A DNA stretch of 41,927 nt, taken from positions 1 through 41,927 of the IMG/VR virus record IMGVR_UViG_3300036864_000252. One strand, given 5' to 3'. This stretch comes from a virus. Its lineage: Duplodnaviria > Caudoviricetes. The notes beneath the pieces are model-generated. The model was not told where the DNA came from. It saw nothing but the letters and a program-made list of their open reading frames with translations, and did not search any database. Below, piece by piece: positions 35,891 to 41,927 of the stretch (position 1 is the stretch's first letter; each line of letters opens with the position of its first letter). The translations under genes and the position numbers were made by a program.

Positions 35891-36148
35891 ATGAGCAACC
35901 TCAAGGATTCCCTCAATAACAATAGTAAGATCGTCACCCTGGCCGAAGAGGACATTACCTACCTTACGCACCTCAATCAATATTTACAAACTGAACTAAA
36001 CGCTATCCAGCAACACTGCGCAGCCCAGTTCTTGAGTTATGTGGCTATCACCAAATTCGGCTTCGGCGATACCACAAACCTGCGGTTTAACTACCAACCC
36101 GAAAAAAAGGTAGATAATCTCACTATTACCGAGGTACGCGAACCATGA
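35891..36148 (+). CDS. Hypothetical protein, leaderless, opposite to its neighbours
   Basis: 85 aa; TGG-TATAAT ends 7 nt before the ATG. Confidence 0.65.
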   Translation: MSNLKDSLNNNSKIVTLAEEDITYLTHLNQYLQTELNAIQQHCAAQFLSYVAITKFGFGDTTNLRFNYQPEKKVDNLTITEVREP

Positions 36149-36221
36149 TTTTATTTGCCATTGGTTTTATAATCGGCTATATCGCCTGCTTGGCCATGTG
36201 TTCCAGTTGGTACAACAAACA

Positions 36222-38246
36222 CTACTGAGCCATCGGCAGGCCGGAAGTCAACGAACCGAGTAGGCTACTAGCTCCCATCTGCTGAGGTATGGCTGTCTGC
36301 GGCGCCTGAGTAAGCTGCGGCAGCATCGCCATAGCCGCCTCCGGGGAAATACCAAGTACCGCCGCTAATTGAGCGGCAGCAGCCGCTTGTTGGCGCTGAT
36401 AGGTGTTAGCAGGGGTGCCGGGGATCATACCCGTCAAACGCGCCAAGAGACCACCTCCGGTACCCTGTGGACCACCGGCGTTAGCAAAAGTTGGCTCCAG
36501 ACCTGACACTGCATTAGCGGCCATAGTATTTTTCTGGACATTCGGGGCCAATGATGCAAGCACTGGAGCAAAGCTCGTACCTAGTATATTAGGTGCAAGC
36601 TGCTCTTGACGTAGCAATGTCTCAAATAGTTGATTCTGAGGATTCATCGGCGCTCCCGGCATCTGCGGATTCATACCCTGTCCTTCCATTGGTTCATTGG
36701 TTAATGGTATCGCACTGGCAGAGTTGCTGGCAATGTTCGGTAAGTTGGAGCCGAGTACGGCAGCCGGCGGAATAAGCGGCGCTGTGCGAGTCATGATGTT
36801 ACCAATACCTTCAGCAATTTTCGGTGTTAAACCAGCTTTATGCGCCCGATTTGCCATAGATGCCAACATACCGGCTGGATGGCCAGTTGCACTGGCTATA
36901 GCCGCGGCAGCATCTCCTGCTGAACCTCCAATCGCTGCAACACCTTTGGGCGTTGCTATGCCGCCGTTGGCGGCAAACTTAGCCCGTTGCAGGGCTTGAT
37001 CAGTACCAGTCACATTTTTAATATCATCGAGCGCAATACGTGAGGCGGTATCCATACGTTTAAACATTTGCATCGGTGTTTTGAGGTCTTTACCGGACTT
37101 GGCATTATTCACCGTATCAGCTATATCCGCCGCCAGCTTCTGATTTCCATACTTTTCAGCTAGAGCTTGCTGTTCATCTGGTGAGATATGCACCTCTTTG
37201 ATCGCCTGGCTGACTTCGGGATTTTTAACATACAGCTTATTTTCCAGGTTTTCATAAGTATCACCAAGCGATTTAAGCTGTGACTCCATAGCCGTCACAT
37301 CGACCCCAGCGTTTTCAGCCTTACTGATATTGGTAGTTAAATTTCCCATCTGTTCACCAATAGATTGTTGCAGCTTGCGAACTGAAAGAGCATCCATGTT
37401 TACCGGTAGATTGCCGTCAGCCGGCAAACCGGCTGCACTGAGAGCCTTACCCATAGGCGATATGGTCAAATCCTCAATACCAGCCTGTTTGGCACTTTTG
37501 TAAACATCGTTGCCAAAACCGCTCATGTCTATAGGCTTAGATTGTCCTAAAGCACCCTCAACTACGTTGTTCAAATCCAGTCCAGCCTCTGATACCTGTT
37601 TCATAATCCGAGGATCGGTGTGATCCAAGCCGAGCGTTTTAAGGTATTCCTGATTAGTTCCAAGCTTCAGGTTACTCTGCATCTTTTTACCGATTCCACC
37701 GTAATTTAGTTTGGTAGCAGCGGCCTCATCAATAGCTTCTTTGGTAGCTGTTTTAGCGGCTGCCTCCTCAGCTGCCTTGGCAGTAGCCCGGCCGCCGGCT
37801 GAAGCAATACCCTCGCCGAGACCGCCGAGGACTTTTCCAGCTCCAAGCCCAATAACTTCACCAACGCCATTTTGGATACCAGAAGTAGCGACATTGCCTT
37901 GCCAGGACTTTTTACCAGTTAACTTATTCTCCAGTGCCTGACCAAGAGCTCCGCCGGCCGAGGCACCGCCGATAGAGCCCACGCCGCCGCTCACAGCACC
38001 ACCGGCTATGCCGCCCAGAATACCGCCGGCCGCCGGCAGGAGCTTTTCCCACCAGGAAGGCTCCGGTCCGCCAGTTGCTGCAGTCGGCTGCGGTGCCTGA
38101 GCAGACGCAGGAGTTATGTTATTTTCCGCTAGCGTTTGCTGCAATTGTTCAGGCGTAAAACCCTGGGCTATCTGCTGGTTTGCCCAGTCCGAATACTCAC
38201 CGAACTGCGGCGCACCACTCGTCATAGGAGCTGCTTGAGGATTCAT
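36222..38246 (-). CDS. Internal virion / DNA ejection protein
   Basis: 674 aa; A/G/Q-rich with glycine zipper GGILGGIAGGAVSGGVG; follows the tail genes. Confidence 0.65.
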   Translation of the reverse strand: MNPQAAPMTSGAPQFGEYSDWANQQIAQGFTPEQLQQTLAENNITPASAQAPQPTAATGGPEPSWWEKLLPAAGGILGGIAGGAVSGGVGSIGGASAGGALGQALENKLTGKKSWQGNVATSGIQNGVGEVIGLGAGKVLGGLGEGIASAGGRATAKAAEEAAAKTATKEAIDEAAATKLNYGGIGKKMQSNLKLGTNQEYLKTLGLDHTDPRIMKQVSEAGLDLNNVVEGALGQSKPIDMSGFGNDVYKSAKQAGIEDLTISPMGKALSAAGLPADGNLPVNMDALSVRKLQQSIGEQMGNLTTNISKAENAGVDVTAMESQLKSLGDTYENLENKLYVKNPEVSQAIKEVHISPDEQQALAEKYGNQKLAADIADTVNNAKSGKDLKTPMQMFKRMDTASRIALDDIKNVTGTDQALQRAKFAANGGIATPKGVAAIGGSAGDAAAAIASATGHPAGMLASMANRAHKAGLTPKIAEGIGNIMTRTAPLIPPAAVLGSNLPNIASNSASAIPLTNEPMEGQGMNPQMPGAPMNPQNQLFETLLRQEQLAPNILGTSFAPVLASLAPNVQKNTMAANAVSGLEPTFANAGGPQGTGGGLLARLTGMIPGTPANTYQRQQAAAAAQLAAVLGISPEAAMAMLPQLTQAPQTAIPQQMGASSLLGSLTSGLPMAQ

Positions 38247-39211
38247 TACCAGCTAGCTCCCGTCAGTAACCCTTTGCCCCAACCTACAGCACCTCTCCCA
38301 ACGGCCTTTGCGGCTCCGCCGACGGCCCGTGGTGCTGTTCCGGTCCAGAAGTCCTTATTGTCTTGCCAGACATCTGGCGCATGAGAGCTACCACCTACAG
38401 TAGCAGCAGTTTTTTGAGCATTGGCAACCGGAGGTGCCGGTTTCCGCGCTTGTTCATCAAGTAACCGCTGATTTCCGATATTAGCAATATTCTGGCCCCT
38501 CGTCTGAGACATGAACAGGCTGGCCTGGGCCAATGCCTGCTGAGAAGCCGCATAAGCTTGTTGAGCCTGAGCGTAATTCTGAGCTTGCTGGGCATTGAGA
38601 CCGCCTTGATCAGAAGCCAACTTAGAATAAAACTGCATATTTTGCAGCGCATCGGAAGCCTGAGCTTGGTAATTGACCACCGCTTTATTTAAAGCATCAA
38701 CCACGTTCTGTTCGCTCTGGACACCCACGGTTGCGGCCTGGCTGGCCCCGGTCATAAAGTTCTGAAGCTCGGAGTTTAGTGTCCCAACCATCGTATTGGC
38801 ATTACTAACACCGGTCTGCAAGGGCTGCAAGATACTGCCCTCATAGCTAGCCAGAGCCGGCGCACTCATACCGTAGGCCCCTACACCACCAGGTGTGTTG
38901 AACTGATTATTAGCCGAGTTCAAGGCGCCAGTCATACTAAACAAACTTTTGTTAGCATCAGCCAATTGCGCTGGATTATACCCGCTTTCACTTTGGAGTT
39001 TAGATAGCTGGGTGTTATACAAGTTGATGCCGCTGCCAGCGCCCTGCATATATTTCGCTTGGCTTTGAAGTTCTTTCTGGGCACCACTCACCTGACCTGA
39101 GTAGGTATTGTATTGACCTCGGGCAGCGTTGGCCCGGTTCCTGTCTTCAACTAACATTCGCTGGCCTTGCTGGGCAGCCCGGGAAGCTTGAGCAGATAGT
39201 GTAGGGTTCAT
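38246..39211 (-). CDS. Internal virion / DNA ejection (pilot-like) protein
   Basis: 321 aa; Q/A/N-rich helical; TAATG-coupled to the next gene. Confidence 0.6.
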   Translation of the reverse strand: MNPTLSAQASRAAQQGQRMLVEDRNRANAARGQYNTYSGQVSGAQKELQSQAKYMQGAGSGINLYNTQLSKLQSESGYNPAQLADANKSLFSMTGALNSANNQFNTPGGVGAYGMSAPALASYEGSILQPLQTGVSNANTMVGTLNSELQNFMTGASQAATVGVQSEQNVVDALNKAVVNYQAQASDALQNMQFYSKLASDQGGLNAQQAQNYAQAQQAYAASQQALAQASLFMSQTRGQNIANIGNQRLLDEQARKPAPPVANAQKTAATVGGSSHAPDVWQDNKDFWTGTAPRAVGGAAKAVGRGAVGWGKGLLTGASW

Positions 39212-39267
39212 ATAATAAAAAATCCCTCCAAGGGGACTACATTACGTGTCTAGCAGCGATTATACCA
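39212..39267 (-). promoter_or_regulatory. Conserved leader copy 4, upstream of the ejection proteins
   Basis: TGG-TATAAT, 6 nt, TAGACAC (39252-39246), AGTCCC/GGGATT hairpin, TTTTATTAT-ATG. Confidence 0.75.
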
Positions 39268-39268
39268 T

Positions 39269-39877
39269 TTAGTAATCGGAGGTTGTAGCCGGCTCGCTAA
39301 AAACGTAAACCCGGACGTTGAGCGTAATGCCGGCTAGATGGATCGGCGGCGCCACTCCTAAAACCGGTACAACATTTTCTTTCAGTACAGACAAGTAGAT
39401 GTTAGTATCATCAGCGGTTAGCACCAGGTTGGCGATTGTGGTCAGGTAAAGAATGCCGGCGTCGTTATAGATATCTTCACCGATGAGGGTTTGCTCATAG
39501 ATACCGGGAACCGCTCCATGTATGTCACCCAACAATTCTACAGAGTTGGTATCATCACCGAAGGCAAAAGTCCTGAGCGCATGATTACCAGGTACACTCG
39601 GTGAGGCCGTTGGTGACGGGGCCGGGTTTTGCCAGGACATCCAAGTTGACGGAATGTAATTCTTGTAACCGTGCTCCGTTTTATACAGCACCGTATTGGT
39701 GTAACTTGAAGCTGTCGGCTGTGGTGGTTCCCGGTTGAATAGGATAGAAATCGTCTGAAAACTTACTTTGTTGGTTGTATCCAATTTAGTGAGCGGCTTA
39801 TCGATGGATAGTAGGGAATCAGGCCCGAGCGCCGTCTGAACCCGGGAGCCGCTGCTCGAGACAGAAAAACTTTCCAT
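39269..39877 (-). CDS. Tail-associated beta-rich protein
   Basis: 202 aa; coupled within the tail operon. Confidence 0.6.
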   Translation of the reverse strand: MESFSVSSSGSRVQTALGPDSLLSIDKPLTKLDTTNKVSFQTISILFNREPPQPTASSYTNTVLYKTEHGYKNYIPSTWMSWQNPAPSPTASPSVPGNHALRTFAFGDDTNSVELLGDIHGAVPGIYEQTLIGEDIYNDAGILYLTTIANLVLTADDTNIYLSVLKENVVPVLGVAPPIHLAGITLNVRVYVFSEPATTSDY

Positions 39878-40659
39878 TAGTAAACTACCCGTACTGTTTC
39901 AGGATAAAAGAGCGGGTCTCTCAGAACTATCAGGCTGCCGGCTCCTGTCAAACCAATATTCAAGATCATCGTGTTAGATGCTGCTACATATGAAATATTG
40001 TTGAGACTCCAGTATTCGTAGGTGTCCGCATCTGTTTTTATGGCTCCGAATATCCACGGTATGTAAGAAGTCTTCAGAGGGTACACAATGCAGGACGCAT
40101 TTGTACCGGTTCCCGGATCATCAAAAGCCGATTTAAAGTATTGCCCATTTTCAGTCCCCACCACCAAGACAGCCGGACTCTGCGCCCGGGAGTGAATGAT
40201 GAAATCATTGAGATTCTTGGAAGTTATAGCCCGATCTTTCTTGGCAAACTTTATACCGAACTGATCGTTGTAGGGCAGCTTGGCTTGAGCACTCTGCGGC
40301 AACGGATAGCCCGCCTCTTTAGAAATATCTACGTTGTAGCAACGGACAACAACCGTAACTGAGGCCACATTCGTATAGACCGGATTAAAAGTAACAATTG
40401 CCTTGGTCTTGGTCACTTTGATAGCACTGGGCGGCAACCGGCTATAAGATATTCCATCCTTGCTTATATATCCAACCGTTAACGGCCAAAATCCTAGATT
40501 GTGGTCTACCGGCTGACCAGTATTACCAGACTCCACGGTAATCGTCTTTTCAAACGCAATCGCCAAACTTGGCCAGTCCGAATTGTACAGATAGGCCCAA
40601 TCCGGACACTTGCGTACATCAAACCCCTGTTGGCAGACCTGGAGTGCCGGCGAACCCAC
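39877..40659 (-). CDS. Tail-associated protein with two-fold internal repeat
   Basis: 260 aa; LQV.Q.G.DV.......LYNS and GIKFAK......S......IIHS halves; HNLGFWP motif. Confidence 0.6.
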   Translation of the reverse strand: MGSPALQVCQQGFDVRKCPDWAYLYNSDWPSLAIAFEKTITVESGNTGQPVDHNLGFWPLTVGYISKDGISYSRLPPSAIKVTKTKAIVTFNPVYTNVASVTVVVRCYNVDISKEAGYPLPQSAQAKLPYNDQFGIKFAKKDRAITSKNLNDFIIHSRAQSPAVLVVGTENGQYFKSAFDDPGTGTNASCIVYPLKTSYIPWIFGAIKTDADTYEYWSLNNISYVAASNTMILNIGLTGAGSLIVLRDPLFYPETVRVVY

Positions 40660-40994
40660 TAGAAGCCTCCGGACTGCGTCGTGCCGTTACCGATTGCTAC
40701 CTGGATGTTACCGGCCGCGCCGGTCACGGTGTACTGGCCACTGATGTTCTGCTGGCCACCGTGCTGCCCAGCGCTAATATTGGTCGGATCAACCTGCGCA
40801 GCGATCTGCTGCTGGTAGAGCAATGCCTCAAGTGATAGATATGGAATTGTACCAAAACTAAAGTTGACCTCGCCAGTTTGGCTTGGCGCAATCTGAAACA
40901 TCAGGTTACCAAATGTCGGCGTAAAGGTGCTATACATCATCGAGGCATTCGGCATGTTGAGAGCGATATCGTTCGGTGAGTTCATCGGCGGCAT
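40659..40994 (-). CDS. Small tail-associated protein
   Basis: 111 aa; AAGGAG RBS. Confidence 0.6.
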   Translation of the reverse strand: MPPMNSPNDIALNMPNASMMYSTFTPTFGNLMFQIAPSQTGEVNFSFGTIPYLSLEALLYQQQIAAQVDPTNISAGQHGGQQNISGQYTVTGAAGNIQVAIGNGTTQSGGF

Positions 40995-41003
40995 GAAAAC
41001 TCC

Positions 41004-41927
41004 TTAGCTTGTTGGTTTGTATTCACGCAGATCAGGCTCTTCGCTGAGGCTATCTATTTCGCCCGTCAGACCTAGTATAGTCGGCGTAACACTGCCGGGC
41101 GCACAAGTACCTAAGAAACCCCACTGGAGCTCCCGGAAGCGCCTTGACGTCGGTACGTTGATCATGAGGCTCGTTGCCCCTTCGGTCGCGGTATAGGATT
41201 CTCCGATGTCGTTGGCAGTTATTTCGCCGCCGCGATCATGCTGATACCACATGGTGATCGTTGTGCCGGCCGGCAACGGCAGGAAGGACAACATCACCCG
41301 CATACCCTGCTTGGCTTTATAGACTGCCGCGCCGTCCCAGATAAGCGAAGAGAAATCAAAATTCGGGGCCGGGCTAGAAGTATTGTCTGTGACGTCAAGA
41401 CCGTAGTGGGTAACAGCGCTCGCATCGGTATACTGCCAACTGGTGTAGAGCGTATCAACAAAGTTTTTAATCATACCGATCTGGAGGCCAGTCCAGGAGT
41501 CACTGCCGCTACCGCCTGAAGCAAACTGCTTACCGCTAGCCAGCACATACGAATATCCGTAAGAATTCGGATAGGCTAGTTCGACCGCCCCCCACGAGTA
41601 GATGCCCATTTTCACCGTCGTGTTGGTCGTTGAACTTGGGTAGCCAAGCAAGAGTAAGTTGTACCGGGTATCCATCATATTAGGGTTAACTACCGTATGA
41701 TCGACCATGCCCAAGTAGTCAGTATTTTGGTAAGCAATGTAGCGAACCTTAATGATACTGGTCCCGCCGCCCCAGACCATCAGCGATCCGGCGCAGTAGA
41801 AGTAGACGTTATTATTGAAACAGAACGGTGAGTACGGCGCACCCATCGGGATAGGCACCTTGTCGTTAACTCCGGCGTTGATGCCATCCCAGGTATACAA
41901 ATAACCGTTCTGGTAATTCCGGCTGCT
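41004..41927 (-). CDS. C-terminal part of the ~714-aa tail protein that starts at 1348
   Basis: In frame across the circular junction. Confidence 0.75.
   Translation of the reverse strand, partial: SSRNYQNGYLYTWDGINAGVNDKVPIPMGAPYSPFCFNNNVYFYCAGSLMVWGGGTSIIKVRYIAYQNTDYLGMVDHTVVNPNMMDTRYNLLLLGYPSSTTNTTVKMGIYSWGAVELAYPNSYGYSYVLASGKQFASGGSGSDSWTGLQIGMIKNFVDTLYTSWQYTDASAVTHYGLDVTDNTSSPAPNFDFSSLIWDGAAVYKAKQGMRVMLSFLPLPAGTTITMWYQHDRGGEITANDIGESYTATEGATSLMINVPTSRRFRELQWGFLGTCAPGSVTPTILGLTGEIDSLSEEPDLREYKPTS
41801..41927. repeat. 127-bp terminal direct repeat, right copy
   Basis: Identical to 1-127. Confidence 0.95.

Noticed and set aside
34376-38246. Tape measure protein
   Set aside because: Proteins are short for that role and no major tail or tail chaperone genes are evident; ejection-protein and coiled-coil calls fit better
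41801-41927. Physical direct terminal repeat of the virion DNA
   Set aside because: Exactly 127 bp and in the middle of a gene; best explained as assembler k-mer overlap of a circular contig
1-41927. Alternative genetic code (stop-codon recoding)
   Set aside because: Core genes are intact and densely packed under code 11, and TAA, TAG and TGA all serve as stops

Overview
Apparently complete, circularly assembled dsDNA phage genome of 41,800 bp. Bases 1-127 repeat exactly at 41801-41927, and a 714-aa tail gene runs across the junction. Gene content is podovirus-like: terminase subunits, portal, scaffold, major capsid, tail-tube/nozzle-like and ejection proteins, and a beta-helix tailspike. 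I see no tape measure, integrase, polymerase, helicase or primase. Morphogenesis and lysis genes fill the minus strand (32464-41800 continuing into 1-22879), and a plus-strand arm (23611-32510) carries a CHAP lysin, small early genes, an Acb2/Tad1-like protein, an exonuclease, an SSB-like and a NinB-like gene. The unusual features are: (i) a promoter-driven cassette of an Sm-fold-like gene plus two tandem genes built from aperiodic TCT-[T/C/G]GG hexamers (Ser-Trp/Arg/Gly), upstream of phage GroES and GroEL; (ii) four copies of a conserved promoter-TAGACAC-hairpin-U-tract leader heading structural modules, resembling an attenuator with a competing bulged-A helix; (iii) a 730-bp non-coding hub with convergent promoters, a short antisense RNA, a leader peptide, two structured RNA candidates and a DnaA box; (iv) a D-arm-reduced tRNA-like element; (v) a second CHAP-like protein with Cys replaced by Ser. 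All family calls are motif recognition by eye; no searches were run.
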